Positions 51,107-63,470 of a stretch of DNA of 64,000 nucleotides are shown piece after piece. The notes beneath the pieces are model-generated. The model saw only the letters and a list, made by a program, of their open reading frames with translations. It was not told the origin of the DNA and made no database searches. Position numbers and translations under genes: made by a program. Numbering within the stretch: the stretch's first letter is position 1; each line of letters opens with the position of its first letter. Origin of the DNA: Escherichia coli (GTDB lineage Bacteria; Pseudomonadota; Gammaproteobacteria; Enterobacterales; Enterobacteriaceae); the NCBI RefSeq assembly GCF_044647545.1, contig NZ_CP172818.1. The stretch is one strand, 5' to 3'.

Positions 51107-53758
51107 TTAGCCGGTATTACGCATACCTGCCGCAATCCCGGCAATAGTGACCATTAACGCCTGCTCGACGCGAGGATCCGGCTCATGGCCTTCTTTTTCT
51201 GCCTGGCGGGAGCGGTGCAGCAACTCGGCCTGCAATACGTTCAGCGGGTCGGTGTAAATATTCCGTAGCTGAATAGACTCTGCAATCCACGGCAGATCGG
51301 CCATCAGATGGGAATCGTTGGCAATCGCCAGCACCACTTTGATGTCTTCTTCTTGCAGATTGCGTAACTCTTTACCTAACGGCCACAGTGCTTTGTCTAC
51401 CAGACGTTGATCATAGTATTCCGCCAGCCACAGGTCTGCTTTGGCGAAGACCATCTCCAGCATGCCGAGACGCGTCGAGAAGAATGGCCAATCGCGGCAC
51501 ATGGCTTCCAGTTCGCTCTGCTTGCCATCTTCGACCACTTTTTGCAGCGCCGTACCTGCACCCAGCCAGGCGGGGAGCATCAGGCGGTTTTGTGTCCAGG
51601 CAAAAATCCACGGAATGGCGCGCAGTGACTCGACGCCGCCGGTCGGGCGACGTTTCGCCGGACGTGAACCCAACGGCAGTTTGCCCAGCTCTTGTTCCGG
51701 CGTAGCGGAGCGGAAGTACGGCACAAAATCTTTGTTTTCACGTACGTAGCCACGGTAGAGATCGCAGGAGATGACTGACAGTTCATCCATAATGCGACGC
51801 CAGCTCTCTTTCGGCTCAGGTGGTGGCAGCAGGTTGGCTTCCAGAATCGCCCCGGTGTACAGCGACAGGCTGCTGACGGTGATTTCTGGCAGACCATATT
51901 TAAAGCGGATCATCTCGCCCTGTTCAGTCACGCGCAGGCCACCTTTCAGGCTTCCTGGCGGTTGTGACAGCAGCGCCGCATGGGCAGGTGCGCCGCCGCG
52001 ACCAATGGAACCGCCGCGACCGTGGAACAACGTCAGCTCAATACCCGCTTTTTCGCAGGTTTTGATTAATGCATCCTGTGCCTGATATTGCGCCCAGGAA
52101 GCTGCCATCACCCCCGCATCTTTTGCTGAGTCGGAATAGCCAATCATCACCATCTGTTTGCCCTGAATCAGGCCGCGATACCAGTCGATATTCAGCAGCT
52201 GGGTCATGACATCGTTGGCGTTGTTCAGGTCATCGAGGGTTTCAAACAGCGGAGCAACCGGCATCGCAAACCCGATACCCGCTTCTTTCAGCAGCAGGTG
52301 GACAGCCAGCACGTCGGACGGCGTTTTCGCCATCGAGATCACGTAGGCGGCAATGGAGCCTTGCGGCGCTTCGGCAATCACCTGGCAGGTATCGAGCACT
52401 TCGCGCGTTTCGGCGCTTGGTTGCCAGTTGCGCGGCAGAAGCGGACGTTTGGAGTTCAGTTCGCGGATCAGGAACGCCTGTTTGTCGGCCTCTGACCAGC
52501 TTTCGTAGTCGCCGATACCGAGGTAGCGGGTCAGCTCGCCCAGCGCTTCGGTATGGCGGGTGCTCTCCTGACGGATATCAATACGGACCAGCGGTACGCC
52601 GAAACATTTCACGCGGCGCAGGGTGTCGAGCAGATCGCCGTTGGCGATAATACCCATGCCACACGCCTGAAGTGACTGGTAGCAAGCGTAGAGCGGTTCC
52701 CACAGTTCTTCGTTTTGTGTCAGCAGGCCTTCTGGTTTTGGCAGTTCTTCGCCTTTCAGGCGCGCTTCCAGCCATGCCTGTGTCGCCATCAGGCGAGAAC
52801 GCAGGTTTTTCATCAGATAGCGATACGGTTCTGCGGCACCTTCTTCGCCAACCAGCGCCAGCAGTTCAGGGGTCGCTTCAACCATCGACAGTTCAGAAAC
52901 CAGCACCTGAATATCTTTCAGGAACAGATCGGTGGCTTTCCAGCGACTGAGCAGCAGGACGTGGCGGGTGATATCGGCAGTGACGTTCGGGTTGCCGTCG
53001 CGGTCACCGCCCATCCACGAGGTAAAACGGACCGGAACAAATTCGACGGGCAGTTTGTAGCCGAGATTCTCTTCCAGTTGTTCGTTCAGTTCGCGCAGGT
53101 AATTCGGTACGCCTTGCCACAGGCTGTTTTCTACTACGGCAAAGCCCCATTTGGCTTCATCTACCGGGCTTGGACGCAGCTTACGGATTTCATCGGTATG
53201 CCATGACTGGGCGATCAACTGGCGCAGGCGGCGCATCAGCTGGTTGTGTTCGTAGTCAGCGATATCTTTGTTATCGAGCTGTTTTAAGCAGGCGTTCACT
53301 TCCACCATTTTGTGGATCAGTGTACGACGGGTAATTTCGGTTGGGTGAGCCGTGAGGACCAGTTCCAGCGACAGCGATTCCACTGCTTTTTTGATGGTGT
53401 CTTCGCTCAGTTCCGGCTGGTTTTTCAGTTTACGCAGGGTGCGGGCGATCACTTCCGGGTTGCTGGCAGCTTCGCCTTTCGGCGAAATGCTGTGGTATTG
53501 CTCGGCGGTGTTGGCCAGGTTCAGGAATTGACTAAACGCACGCGCAACGGGCAGCAGCTCGTCGTTCGACAAATTTTGTAAGGTGGTGAGCAACTCCTGG
53601 CGGTTAGCATCATTGCCAGCGCGTGAAGATTTGGACAACTTACGGATAGTTTCTACGCGTTCAAGAATGTGTTCTCCTAACGCATCCTTGATGGTTTCTC
53701 CCAGCACTTTGCCGAGCATACTGACATTACTACGCAATGCGGAATATTGTTCGTTCAT
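51107..53758 (-). CDS. ppc: phosphoenolpyruvate carboxylase
   Basis: 883-aa [44 protein letters not shown]... Confidence 0.97.
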   Translation of the reverse strand: MNEQYSALRSNVSMLGKVLGETIKDALGEHILERVETIRKLSKSSRAGNDANRQELLTTLQNLSNDELLPVARAFSQFLNLANTAEQYHSISPKGEAASNPEVIARTLRKLKNQPELSEDTIKKAVESLSLELVLTAHPTEITRRTLIHKMVEVNACLKQLDNKDIADYEHNQLMRRLRQLIAQSWHTDEIRKLRPSPVDEAKWGFAVVENSLWQGVPNYLRELNEQLEENLGYKLPVEFVPVRFTSWMGGDRDGNPNVTADITRHVLLLSRWKATDLFLKDIQVLVSELSMVEATPELLALVGEEGAAEPYRYLMKNLRSRLMATQAWLEARLKGEELPKPEGLLTQNEELWEPLYACYQSLQACGMGIIANGDLLDTLRRVKCFGVPLVRIDIRQESTRHTEALGELTRYLGIGDYESWSEADKQAFLIRELNSKRPLLPRNWQPSAETREVLDTCQVIAEAPQGSIAAYVISMAKTPSDVLAVHLLLKEAGIGFAMPVAPLFETLDDLNNANDVMTQLLNIDWYRGLIQGKQMVMIGYSDSAKDAGVMAASWAQYQAQDALIKTCEKAGIELTLFHGRGGSIGRGGAPAHAALLSQPPGSLKGGLRVTEQGEMIRFKYGLPEITVSSLSLYTGAILEANLLPPPEPKESWRRIMDELSVISCDLYRGYVRENKDFVPYFRSATPEQELGKLPLGSRPAKRRPTGGVESLRAIPWIFAWTQNRLMLPAWLGAGTALQKVVEDGKQSELEAMCRDWPFFSTRLGMLEMVFAKADLWLAEYYDQRLVDKALWPLGKELRNLQEEDIKVVLAIANDSHLMADLPWIAESIQLRNIYTDPLNVLQAELLHRSRQAEKEGHEPDPRVEQALMVTIAGIAAGMRNTG

Positions 53759-54008
53759 ATTACCCCAGACACCCCATCTTATCGTTTGATAGCCCTGTAT
53801 CCTTCACGTCGCATTGGCGCGAATATGCTCGGGCTTTGCTTTTCGTCGTCTTTTATAAAGCCACGTAAAAGCGGTGACGTCAAATGCTGCGAAATCGCTT
53901 CAGCAAACGAATAAATAGCAGGAATTTACGCCATTAAATTCACGACGCTTTAAATAAGCGTAACTTATGGGAATGTTAAAAAATCGCCTCGAGTAACACC
54001 AAAGGTGT

Positions 54009-54047
54009 AGGTCGGATAAGATGCGCAAGCATCGCATCCGATGGCCT
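54009..54047. repeat. REP unit between ppc and argE
   Basis: ggtcggataagatgcgcaagcatcgcatccgatggcc palindromic REP-like sequence. Confidence 0.75.
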
Positions 54048-54052
54048 ACGTT

Positions 54053-55204
54053 TTAATGCCAGCAAAAATGGTGAATCACCTGGGTGATCAGTTCGCGGGT
54101 GGGCTTGATAAACCGTGTTTCCAGATATTCATCAGGTTGATGAGCCTGATTAATTGAGCCAGGGCCCAGAACCAGCGTCGGGCATAACGTTTGAATAAAC
54201 GGCGCTTCGGTACAGTAATTCACCACTTCGGTCTTTGCTCCTAGCAATTTCTCAACTACTTCAACCAGTTGATGATTTGGCGGGCATTCATAGCCAGGGA
54301 TCGGTGGATGCAGCTCGTCGACCGTCAGACGACCCGGCCAGCGTTCGCTCACCGGAGCCAGCGCATCGTTGAGTAGGCCATTAAGTTCATTGAGTGTCAT
54401 GCCCGGCAGCGGACGAATATCCATATGCAACTCACAGCAAGCACAAATACGGTTAGAAGCGTCGCCACCGTGAATATGCCCGAGGTTGAGCGTGGGGTAT
54501 GGCACGGTAAACGCTTCATAGTGATAGCGTTCTTTCAGGTTATCGCGCAATTGCAAAATATGCCCGATGGCGTCGTGCATCAGTTCGATAGCGTTAACTC
54601 CGCGTGCTGGATCGCTGGAGTGGCCCGACTGGCCCATAATTCGAATGGCATTTGAGATGTGACCTTTATGCGCGCGTACCGGTTGCAGCGACGTTGGCTC
54701 GCCAATGATGGCGCAATCCGGGCGCAGGGCGGTAGTTTCGGCAAAATAACGCGCTCCGGCCATACTGGTTTCTTCATCGGCAGTCGCCAGAATGTAGAGC
54801 GGTTTTGCAAGCTTCGTGACGTCGACATCGCGTAGCGCATCAAGGATAAACGCAAAAAAGCCTTTCATGTCGGCGGTGCCTAAGCCGTAAAGCTTGCCGT
54901 CATGCTCCGTCAGTGTAAACGGATCGCGCGTCCAGCGTCCGTCATCAAATGGCACCGTATCGGTATGCCCCGCCAGCAACAAACCGCCAGCCCCCTGTCC
55001 GGTACTTGCCAGCATATTAAATTTGTTGCGAGTTCCTGGCACAGGCTGCACTTCCACATTGAAGCCTAAATCTTTAAACCAGTCCGCCAGCAGAGTGATT
55101 AAATCTGCATTGCTTTGATCGAGTGCCTCTTCCGTGGCGCTTATTGAAGGTGTGGCAATCAGAGCACGGTAAATCTCGATAAATGGCGGTAATTTGTTTT
55201 TCAT
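54053..55204 (-). CDS. argE: acetylornithine deacetylase
   Basis: ORF 54053..55243; start at ATG 55204 ([36 protein letters not shown]...) gives 383 aa. Confidence 0.96.
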   Translation of the reverse strand: MKNKLPPFIEIYRALIATPSISATEEALDQSNADLITLLADWFKDLGFNVEVQPVPGTRNKFNMLASTGQGAGGLLLAGHTDTVPFDDGRWTRDPFTLTEHDGKLYGLGTADMKGFFAFILDALRDVDVTKLAKPLYILATADEETSMAGARYFAETTALRPDCAIIGEPTSLQPVRAHKGHISNAIRIMGQSGHSSDPARGVNAIELMHDAIGHILQLRDNLKERYHYEAFTVPYPTLNLGHIHGGDASNRICACCELHMDIRPLPGMTLNELNGLLNDALAPVSERWPGRLTVDELHPPIPGYECPPNHQLVEVVEKLLGAKTEVVNYCTEAPFIQTLCPTLVLGPGSINQAHQPDEYLETRFIKPTRELITQVIHHFCWH

Positions 55205-55228
55205 TGTTGACACACCTCTGGTCATGAT

Positions 55229-55270
55229 AGTATCAATATTCATGCAGTATTTATGAATAAAAATACACTA
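55229..55270. promoter_or_regulatory. ARG boxes (ArgR operators) in argE/argCBH divergent promoter
   Basis: tatcaatattcatgcagtatttatgaataaaaatacac contains two adjacent 18-bp elements resembling the ARG box TNTGAATWWWWATTCANW. Confidence 0.7.
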
Positions 55271-55357
55271 ACGTTGAGCGTAATAAAACCCACCAGCCGT
55301 AAGGTGAATGTTTTACGTTTAACCTGGCAACCAGACATAAGAAGGTGAATAGCCCCG

Positions 55358-56362
55358 ATGTTGAATACGCTGATTGTGGGTGCCAGCGGCTACGCTGGCG
55401 CAGAGCTAGTGACCTATGTAAATCGCCATCCGCATATGAACATAACCGCTTTGACTGTTTCAGCGCAAAGCAATGATGCGGGAAAGTTAATCTCCGATTT
55501 GCATCCGCAGCTAAAAGGCATCGTTGATCTGCCGTTGCAGCCGATGTCGGATATCAGCGAGTTTAGCCCAGGGGTGGACGTGGTGTTTCTCGCCACCGCC
55601 CATGAAGTTAGCCACGATTTAGCGCCGCAATTTCTTGAAGCCGGCTGCGTGGTGTTCGACCTTTCCGGCGCGTTTCGTGTTAACGACGCCGCCTTCTATG
55701 AAAAATATTACGGCTTTACCCATCAATACCCGGAACTGCTGGAACAGGCAGCCTACGGTCTGGCGGAGTGGTGCGGTAATAAATTAAAAGAAGCGAACTT
55801 GATTGCGGTGCCAGGCTGTTATCCGACGGCAGCACAGCTGGCGCTGAAACCGTTGATTGATGCCGATCTTCTTGACCTCATTCAGTGGCCGGTGATCAAC
55901 GCTACCAGCGGCGTGAGCGGTGCAGGACGTAAGGCAGCGATTTCAAATAGTTTTTGTGAAGTTAGCCTGCAACCGTATGGCGTCTTTACCCATCGTCATC
56001 AACCAGAGATCGCCACACACCTCGGTGCTGACGTTATCTTCACCCCGCATCTGGGCAATTTCCCGCGCGGCATTCTCGAAACCATTACCTGCCGCCTGAA
56101 ATCGGGTGTGACCCAGGCGCAAGTCGCGCAAGTGTTACAGCAGGCGTATGCCCATAAACCGCTGGTGCGGCTGTATGACAAAGGCGTTCCGGCGCTGAAA
56201 AATGTCGTTGGGCTGCCATTTTGCGATATCGGGTTTGCCGTTCAGGGCGAGCATCTGATTATTGTGGCGACCGAAGACAACTTACTGAAAGGCGCGGCGG
56301 CACAAGCGGTACAGTGCGCCAATATTCGTTTCGGCTATGCGGAAACGCAGTCTCTTATTTAA
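55358..56362 (+). CDS. argC: N-acetyl-gamma-glutamyl-phosphate reductase
   Basis: 334-aa [46 protein letters not shown]... Confidence 0.97.
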   Translation: MLNTLIVGASGYAGAELVTYVNRHPHMNITALTVSAQSNDAGKLISDLHPQLKGIVDLPLQPMSDISEFSPGVDVVFLATAHEVSHDLAPQFLEAGCVVFDLSGAFRVNDAAFYEKYYGFTHQYPELLEQAAYGLAEWCGNKLKEANLIAVPGCYPTAAQLALKPLIDADLLDLIQWPVINATSGVSGAGRKAAISNSFCEVSLQPYGVFTHRHQPEIATHLGADVIFTPHLGNFPRGILETITCRLKSGVTQAQVAQVLQQAYAHKPLVRLYDKGVPALKNVVGLPFCDIGFAVQGEHLIIVATEDNLLKGAAAQAVQCANIRFGYAETQSLI

Positions 56363-56369
56363 GGGTGCA

Positions 56370-57146
56370 ATGATGAATCCATTAATTATCAAACTGGGCG
56401 GCGTACTGCTGGATAGTGAAGAGGCGCTGGAACGTCTGTTTAGCGCCCTGGTGAATTATCGTGAGTCACATCAGCGTCCGCTGGTGATTGTCCACGGTGG
56501 CGGCTGCGTAGTGGATGAGTTGATGAAAGGGCTGAATCTGCCGGTGAAAAAGAAAAATGGCCTGCGGGTGACGCCAGCGGATCAGATAAACATTATCACC
56601 GGAGCACTGGCGGGAACGGCAAATAAAACCCTGCTGGCATGGGCGAAGAAACATCAGATTGCGTCCGTAGGTTTGTTTCTCGGTGACGGCGACAGCGTCA
56701 AAGTGACCCAGCTTGATGAAGAGTTAGGCCATGTTGGACTGGCGCAGCCAGGTTCGCCTAAGCTTATCAACTCCTTGCTGGAGAACGGTTATCTGCCGGT
56801 GGTCAGCTCCATTGGCGTAACAGACGAAGGGCAACTGATGAACGTCAATGCCGATCAGGCGGCAACGGCGCTGGCGGCAACGCTGGGCGCGGATCTGATT
56901 TTGCTCTCCGACGTCAGCGGCATTCTCGACGGCAAAGGGCAACGTATTGCCGAAATGACCGCCGCGAAAGCAGAACAACTGATTGAGCAGGGCATTATTA
57001 CTGACGGCATGATAGTGAAAGTGAACGCGGCGCTGGATGCTGCGCGCACGCTGGGCCGTCCGGTAGATATCGCCTCCTGGCGTCATGCGGAACAGCTTCC
57101 GGCACTGTTTAACGGTATGCCGATGGGTACGCGGATTTTAGCTTAA
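56370..57146 (+). CDS. argB: acetylglutamate kinase
   Basis: ORF 56337..57146; start at ATG 56370 ([34 protein letters not shown]...) gives 258 aa. Confidence 0.96.
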   Translation: MMNPLIIKLGGVLLDSEEALERLFSALVNYRESHQRPLVIVHGGGCVVDELMKGLNLPVKKKNGLRVTPADQINIITGALAGTANKTLLAWAKKHQIASVGLFLGDGDSVKVTQLDEELGHVGLAQPGSPKLINSLLENGYLPVVSSIGVTDEGQLMNVNADQAATALAATLGADLILLSDVSGILDGKGQRIAEMTAAKAEQLIEQGIITDGMIVKVNAALDAARTLGRPVDIASWRHAEQLPALFNGMPMGTRILA

Positions 57147-57206
57147 GTTTTGTTAGCCGGAGGCGCAGCTTTCCGGCATTGAATTTCAAAATAAGGAAAC
57201 AGAGTT

Positions 57207-58580
57207 ATGGCACTTTGGGGCGGGCGTTTTACCCAGGCAGCAGATCAACGGTTCAAACAATTCAACGACTCACTGCGCTTTGATTACCGTCTGGCGGAGC
57301 AGGATATTGTTGGCTCTGTGGCCTGGTCCAAAGCCCTGGTAACGGTCGGCGTGTTAACCGCAGAAGAGCAGGCGCAACTGGAAGAGGCGCTGAACGTGCT
57401 GCTGGAAGATGTTCGCGCCAGGCCACAACAAATCCTTGAAAGCGACGCCGAAGATATCCATAGCTGGGTGGAAAGCAAACTGATCGACAAAGTGGGTCAG
57501 TTAGGCAAAAAGCTGCATACCGGGCGTAGCCGTAATGATCAGGTAGCGACTGACCTGAAACTGTGGTGCAAAGATACCGTTAGCGAGTTGCTGACGGCTA
57601 ACCGGCAGTTACAATCCGCTCTGGTCGAGACCGCGCAGAACAATCAGGACGCGGTAATGCCAGGTTACACCCACCTGCAACGTGCTCAACCGGTGACGTT
57701 CGCGCACTGGTGCCTGGCTTACGTGGAGATGCTGGCGCGTGATGAAAGCCGCTTGCAGGATGCGCTTAAGCGTCTGGATGTCAGTCCGTTAGGCTGTGGC
57801 GCGCTGGCGGGAACGGCTTATGAAATCGACCGTGAACAGTTAGCTGGCTGGCTGGGCTTTGCTTCAGCGACCCGTAACAGTCTCGACAGCGTTTCTGACC
57901 GTGACCACGTGCTGGAACTGCTTTCTGCTGCCGCTATCGGCATGGTGCATCTGTCGCGTTTTGCTGAAGATCTGATTTTCTTTAACACCGGCGAAGCGGG
58001 GTTTGTCGAGCTTTCTGACCGTGTGACTTCCGGTTCATCATTAATGCCGCAGAAGAAAAACCCGGATGCGCTGGAGCTGATTCGCGGTAAATGCGGTCGG
58101 GTGCAGGGGGCGTTAACCGGCATGATGATGACGCTGAAAGGTTTGCCGCTGGCTTACAACAAAGATATGCAGGAAGACAAAGAAGGTCTGTTCGACGCGC
58201 TCGATACCTGGCTGGACTGCCTGCATATGGCGGCGCTGGTGCTGGATGGCATTCAGGTGAAACGTCCGCGTTGCCAGGAAGCGGCGCAGCAGGGTTACGC
58301 CAACGCCACTGAACTGGCGGATTACCTGGTGGCGAAAGGCGTACCGTTCCGCGAGGCGCACCATATTGTTGGTGAAGCGGTGGTGGAAGCCATTCGTCAG
58401 GGCAAACCGCTGGAAGAACTACCGCTCAGTGAGTTGCAGAAATTCAGTCAGGTGATTGGCGAAGATGTCTATCCGATTCTGTCGCTACAATCGTGCCTCG
58501 ACAAGCGTGCGGCAAAAGGCGGCGTCTCACCGCAGCAGGTGGCGCAGGCGATTGCTTTTGCGCAGGCTCGGTTAGAGTAA
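57207..58580 (+). CDS. argH: argininosuccinate lyase
   Basis: 457-aa [47 protein letters not shown]... Confidence 0.97.
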   Translation: MALWGGRFTQAADQRFKQFNDSLRFDYRLAEQDIVGSVAWSKALVTVGVLTAEEQAQLEEALNVLLEDVRARPQQILESDAEDIHSWVESKLIDKVGQLGKKLHTGRSRNDQVATDLKLWCKDTVSELLTANRQLQSALVETAQNNQDAVMPGYTHLQRAQPVTFAHWCLAYVEMLARDESRLQDALKRLDVSPLGCGALAGTAYEIDREQLAGWLGFASATRNSLDSVSDRDHVLELLSAAAIGMVHLSRFAEDLIFFNTGEAGFVELSDRVTSGSSLMPQKKNPDALELIRGKCGRVQGALTGMMMTLKGLPLAYNKDMQEDKEGLFDALDTWLDCLHMAALVLDGIQVKRPRCQEAAQQGYANATELADYLVAKGVPFREAHHIVGEAVVEAIRQGKPLEELPLSELQKFSQVIGEDVYPILSLQSCLDKRAAKGGVSPQQVAQAIAFAQARLE

Positions 58581-60904
58581 GAAATTTTCATCTACTAAAT
58601 TTGATCACCAACCAAAAATAGCACTTCCATATTCATTAATACCGTAAAATCAAGACCGACACGTTTACCAACAACACCAGATATTCAAAACATCAAAAAA
58701 AACATGGCAGAAGTAATTGAAAATAACCAAGGACGAAATCTCGGCACATTTAAAATGATTAATGCAATCGGATATGGGAGAATTAACATGCCATATTAAA
58801 TATTCTCGAAAAGTAGTCCGCTGCTTATCTAAAAGATCATTTCTCTTCAGAAGAAATTTTCAGCGATAACAGGAGCATGGAAGAATAATGGCAACTCCTC
58901 TCTTGAATGTAGAAGGGGACAAGACCCGTCAAGAGGTTAGCTATAACAGACAATAATATAATAATGAAAAATATTAAAGCAAAGTTTGATATTGACCAGA
59001 ACAAAATTTCGGTACCTTACAATAAACACCGTAAGCGGATATTGCCAAATCAGAGAGCGCACAATAAATGAACCGAAGAAGACTACGCAAATCATCAGAA
59101 AAATCAATTTAATCCAAAACTAATTCACCGCGATGCACCCCGTATCCAAAACATTTATCAATTCTGAAGAAAGAAGCATACTCGCGACGACCCCCAACCA
59201 AGAGGTCGGGCACGGAAGACCAGGAGAGGCGTCATAAAAGTATAAAGATAAAACACCAAATATACCAGAATATCAACGTATTAAGTGCGCTTCTAACGAA
59301 CATCTGATGCATGATATCCACAACCCCCGGACCCCGATCGAAGAGGCCCGTGAAGAGAAGAGCAAGACGACACATCCTCTTTAAGATGAAACATGCGAAG
59401 CGCGCTGTAACCCAGAAATGAATCAGTTTTGTTCGGCGAAGACTAAAAGACCGATCGGAACCGGAAATCTAAAACCTTACTCGGAATACAAGCAGTTGAT
59501 CGAAGAAAAGTATATCGATTTTATACCGAAGATGATTAAACCGCAGGCAATAATATCGGGATGAAACAAAATCCCGATCATGACACGCATCATCACCTAA
59601 CTCCCACGCACAGCCCTTCAGATATAACCACTGAGGATTATCCCCGTTCTTGAAGGTAGATCTCACGCTTCCAAACATACGGAATGTTATCGGCGGATTC
59701 ACAATATATGAAGTCATCCCGAATACCTGCCGCGCGAGGAAAACATATCACCAAGGCAAGCAATTAAGCGAAGAGCAGCCTATCAACAAAAATCGCACGA
59801 CGAATATCCATATAACCCGGATTACCTCCACGTACACAATCCAATATGGCATATCTTGGAAAGGACATAACAGTTCGCATAATCATTCACTTCAAACGCA
59901 TCTAATCCATTCATTCCCCTAAATATTTAAAAATGGATGCCGAACTTTCAACTACAGGAGCACAAGGAATAGCAACAAAAAAGGCTTGATCCGACACTAA
60001 TACCTGGCGCATCAATGAAGGTGGGAATCATCAATTCCATCGACCGTTCCTCAGTAATCCTTCAATCAAAAAGATCGTCGAAAGATACGAATGACCCCGA
60101 CTGAATTCCCCTCTCACCACTCGGAGATGGCACTTTTCCGTACACGGAATAACAGAACGCCCAACCAGTATCTGGATAGACAGCTTATCCACAAGAATAC
60201 TTAAAGACCCAAAAATAGAATTCGGGGCATTAATCCGTGCAGCAACAAAAAAACTGCAATCGATTAGCCGTATTATTACAATAACTATCGGTTTATTAAT
60301 TATGGAGGCGACAGTTAATTCCCCCGACCGAACCTAACACAGACTGGTAGGCGAAAAGAAAATTGGAGAGGAAGGATTATCGGAGATTTAACTCAGCGAC
60401 TGTTATCTCTGCGGTTATTCTGTCCCCATCGTTTTTAATAACGCATTTCGCTTTTTTCCTACACCCATTTGTCCCACTAATAGTTTTGGGCGGGGGCCTT
60501 TTATTCTCGGCAGCGATGCAGACATGAACAGAAATGATTAATGCTGATCGCCACGCTATTTAGACGCCGACCGGGCGGAGAAGCGGAGAACCGCCATTTA
60601 TTCCGGTGGGAGGAAGACCGAACAACGAACGGTATGGGCAGAAAGAACCCCCCCCACGGCCCAGGGGGTATTTTACACATCAATCGTGATCTGCCGCGCG
60701 CATGCCCCTGCAACACCTGTATTGAGATAGCTGCCGTTGATCTGGCTCGAAATATTGTCACACCTCGATTCCTTCCCCCATTAACTATTTTCACCCGAAA
60801 CTACGACCCGAAACCGTAAAACTATTCTTTAACCATTACACGTCTTCGTCAATCCCCCCCACCCACTTACTTTATCTCAACCTTTCTGCATTTTCCGGAA
60901 ACCA
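58581..60904. other. anomalous ORF-poor, A-rich intergenic insertion between argH stop and oxyS
   Basis: argH-oxyS spacer is 2385 bp here versus under 0.1 kb as I recall for K-12; no ORF of 60 aa or more in 58581..59468 or 59923..60500; plus strand about 40% A; right boundary approximate. Confidence 0.6.
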
Positions 60905-60965
60905 GGGGATTGCAGATTAACAAAATGGCTTCCATCGCCGGGATTCAAAACTTTGGCAAAAAAAA

Positions 60966-61074
60966 GCGGATCCTGGAGATCCGCAAAAGTTCACGTTGGC
61001 TTTAGTTATTCGAGTTGAGAAACTCTCGAAACGGGCAGTGACTTCAAGGGTTAAAAGAGGTGCCGCTCCGTTTC
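60966..61074 (-). ncRNA. oxyS: OxyS oxidative-stress small RNA
   Basis: Reverse complement reads GAAACGGAGCGGCACCTCTTTTAACCCTTGAAGTCACTGCCCGTTTCGAGAGTTTCTCAACTCGAATAACTAAAGCCAACGTGAACTTTTGCGGATCTCCAGGATCCGC with terminator hairpin and U-run, matching OxyS as recalled. Confidence 0.9.
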
Positions 61075-61169
61075 TGTGAGCAATTATCAGTCAGAATGCT
61101 TGATAGGGATAATCGTTCATTGCTATTCTACCTATCGCCATGAACTATCGTGGCGATGGAGGATGGATA
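61075..61169. promoter_or_regulatory. oxyR/oxyS divergent promoter region containing the OxyR binding site
   Basis: Position between divergent oxyS and oxyR; contains gatagggataatcgttcattgctattctacctatcgccatgaactatcgtggcgatgg with ATAG/CTAT-type OxyR contacts; exact footprint not resolved. Confidence 0.6.
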
Positions 61170-62087
61170 ATGAATATTCGTGATCTTGAGTACCTGGTGG
61201 CATTGGCTGAACACCGCCATTTTCGGCGTGCGGCAGATTCCTGCCACGTTAGCCAGCCGACGCTTAGCGGGCAAATTCGTAAGCTGGAAGATGAGCTGGG
61301 CGTGATGTTGCTGGAGCGGACCAGCCGTAAAGTGTTATTCACCCAGGCGGGAATGCTGCTGGTGGATCAGGCGCGTACCGTGCTGCGTGAGGTGAAAGTC
61401 CTTAAAGAGATGGCAAGCCAGCAGGGCGAGACGATGTCCGGACCGCTGCATATTGGTTTGATTCCCACGGTTGGACCGTACCTGCTACCGCATATTATCC
61501 CGATGCTGCACCAGACCTTTCCAAAGCTGGAAATGTATCTGCATGAAGCACAGACCCACCAGTTACTGGCGCAACTGGACAGCGGCAAGCTCGATTGCGT
61601 GATCCTCGCGCTGGTGAAAGAGAGCGAAGCATTCATTGAAGTGCCGTTGTTTGATGAGCCAATGTTGCTGGCTATCTATGAAGATCACCCGTGGGCGAAC
61701 CGCGAATGCGTACCGATGGCCGATCTGGCAGGAGAAAAACTGCTGATGCTGGAAGATGGTCACTGTTTGCGCGATCAGGCAATGGGGTTCTGTTTTGAAG
61801 CCGGGGCGGATGAAGATACACACTTCCGCGCGACCAGCCTGGAGACGCTGCGCAACATGGTGGCGGCAGGTAGCGGGATCACTTTATTGCCAGCGCTGGC
61901 TGTGCCGCCGGAGCGCAAACGCGATGGGGTTGTTTATCTGCCGTGCATTAAGCCGGAACCACGCCGCACTATTGGCCTGGTTTATCGTCCTGGCTCACCA
62001 CTGCGCAGCCGCTATGAGCAGCTGGCAGAGGCCATCCGCGCAAGAATGGATGGCCATTTCGATAAAGTGTTAAAACAGGCGGTTTAA
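61170..62087 (+). CDS. oxyR: LysR-family oxidative-stress regulator OxyR
   Basis: ORF 61140..62087; start at ATG 61170 ([44 protein letters not shown]...) gives 305 aa. Confidence 0.97.
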   Translation: MNIRDLEYLVALAEHRHFRRAADSCHVSQPTLSGQIRKLEDELGVMLLERTSRKVLFTQAGMLLVDQARTVLREVKVLKEMASQQGETMSGPLHIGLIPTVGPYLLPHIIPMLHQTFPKLEMYLHEAQTHQLLAQLDSGKLDCVILALVKESEAFIEVPLFDEPMLLAIYEDHPWANRECVPMADLAGEKLLMLEDGHCLRDQAMGFCFEAGADEDTHFRATSLETLRNMVAAGSGITLLPALAVPPERKRDGVVYLPCIKPEPRRTIGLVYRPGSPLRSRYEQLAEAIRARMDGHFDKVLKQAV

Positions 62088-63470
62088 GCCATTTAGCGCA
62101 GCTACCCGATAGGCTTCCGCCATCGTCGGGTAGTTAAAGGTGGTGTTGACGAAGTACTCAATAGTGTTGCCGCCACCTTTCTGTTCCATAATCGCCTGAC
62201 CGATATGAATAATTTCGGCAGCGCGCTCGCCAAAGCAGTGAATACCCAGAATCTCTTTTGTTTCCCGATGGAACAAAATTTTCAGCGTGCCCACGTTCAT
62301 GCCGACGATTTGTGCACGTGCCAGATGTTTAAACTGGGCGCGGCCCACTTCATATGGCACTTTCATCGCGGTTAGCTGCTGTTCGGTTTTGCCCACAGAG
62401 CTGATTTCCGGGATGGTGTAAATGCCGGTAGGGATATCTTCAATCAGATGTGCGTTGGCTTCACCTTTCACCAGCGCTTGCGCGGCAATGCGCCCCTGGT
62501 CATAGGCTGCCGACGCCAGGCTCGGATAACCAATCACGTCGCCCACCGCGTAAACGTGCGGCTGTGCGGTCTGATACATGCTGTTGACCTTCAGCTGTCC
62601 GCGACTGTCAGTTTCCAGCCCAATGTTCTGTAACGCCAGCGAATCGGTATTACCGGTGCGACCGTTGGCATAGAGCAGACAGTCAGCTTTCAGTTTTTTA
62701 CCCGACTTCAGATGCATGATCACACCGTCGTCACAGCCTTCGATCTTCTCGTACTCTTCGTTGTGACGAATCACTACGCCACTGTTCCAGAAGTGATAGG
62801 AGAGAGAATCTGACATCTCTTGATCGAGAAACGCCAACAGCCGATCGCGGGTGTTGATCAGATCCACTTTTACATCCATACCGCGGAAGATCGACGCATA
62901 TTCACAGCCGATCACTCCAGCACCATAGATAAGTACATGGCGCGGTTCGTGGTGCATGCTAAGAATTGAGTCGCTGTCGTAAATGCGTGGATGGGTGAAA
63001 TCAACATCTGTTGGATGATATGGACGAGAGCCGCAGGCAATAACAAATTTTTCAGCGGTTAGTGTTTCAACGCTGCCGTCCGGGCAATCCAGCGCCAACG
63101 TATGCTCGTCAACAAAGCGAGCGTTCCCCTGCAATATTTCACAGTGATTACGTTCGTAAAATCCCTGACGCATGCGCGTTTGTTGGTTAATCACGTTATC
63201 GGCATGGTTAAGGATATCGGCAAAAGAAGAGCGGAGCAGTCGGGAATGGTCGCTGTATAGTGGGTTTTGATTAAATTCTATAATGCGGCTGACGGCGTGA
63301 CGGAGAGCTTTCGACGGGATGGTGCCCCAGTGGGTGCAACCGCCGCCAACATTTTGATAACGCTCGATAACTGCGACGCGCGCACCTTGCTTAACCAGGC
63401 CCATTGCAGCGCCTTCGCCGCCGGGGCCGGAACCTATTACTATGGCATCGTAATCGTAGGAATGTGGCAT
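62070..63470 (-). CDS. sthA: soluble pyridine nucleotide transhydrogenase
   Basis: 466-aa [57 protein letters not shown]...; 18-bp convergent overlap with oxyR. Confidence 0.97.
   Translation of the reverse strand: MPHSYDYDAIVIGSGPGGEGAAMGLVKQGARVAVIERYQNVGGGCTHWGTIPSKALRHAVSRIIEFNQNPLYSDHSRLLRSSFADILNHADNVINQQTRMRQGFYERNHCEILQGNARFVDEHTLALDCPDGSVETLTAEKFVIACGSRPYHPTDVDFTHPRIYDSDSILSMHHEPRHVLIYGAGVIGCEYASIFRGMDVKVDLINTRDRLLAFLDQEMSDSLSYHFWNSGVVIRHNEEYEKIEGCDDGVIMHLKSGKKLKADCLLYANGRTGNTDSLALQNIGLETDSRGQLKVNSMYQTAQPHVYAVGDVIGYPSLASAAYDQGRIAAQALVKGEANAHLIEDIPTGIYTIPEISSVGKTEQQLTAMKVPYEVGRAQFKHLARAQIVGMNVGTLKILFHRETKEILGIHCFGERAAEIIHIGQAIMEQKGGGNTIEYFVNTTFNYPTMAEAYRVAALNGLNRLF

Noticed and set aside
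49686-53206. Antisense ORFs of 92-174 aa within eptC and ppc
   Set aside because: Shadow ORFs inside long, well-supported genes.
59469-60819. Four ORFs of 82-97 aa inside the argH-oxyS insertion (59469..59717 -, 59650..59922 +, 60501..60794 -, 60541..60819 +)
   Set aside because: They occur as overlapping antisense pairs, lack convincing ribosome-binding sites, and their translations show no recognisable motifs; treated as chance ORFs.
58581-60904. Possibility that the argH-oxyS insertion is a retron, toxin-antitoxin locus, CRISPR array or IS/MITE remnant
   Set aside because: No reverse-transcriptase or toxin-sized ORF, no direct repeats with spacers, no terminal inverted repeats or target-site duplication could be found by eye; none of these calls is supportable.
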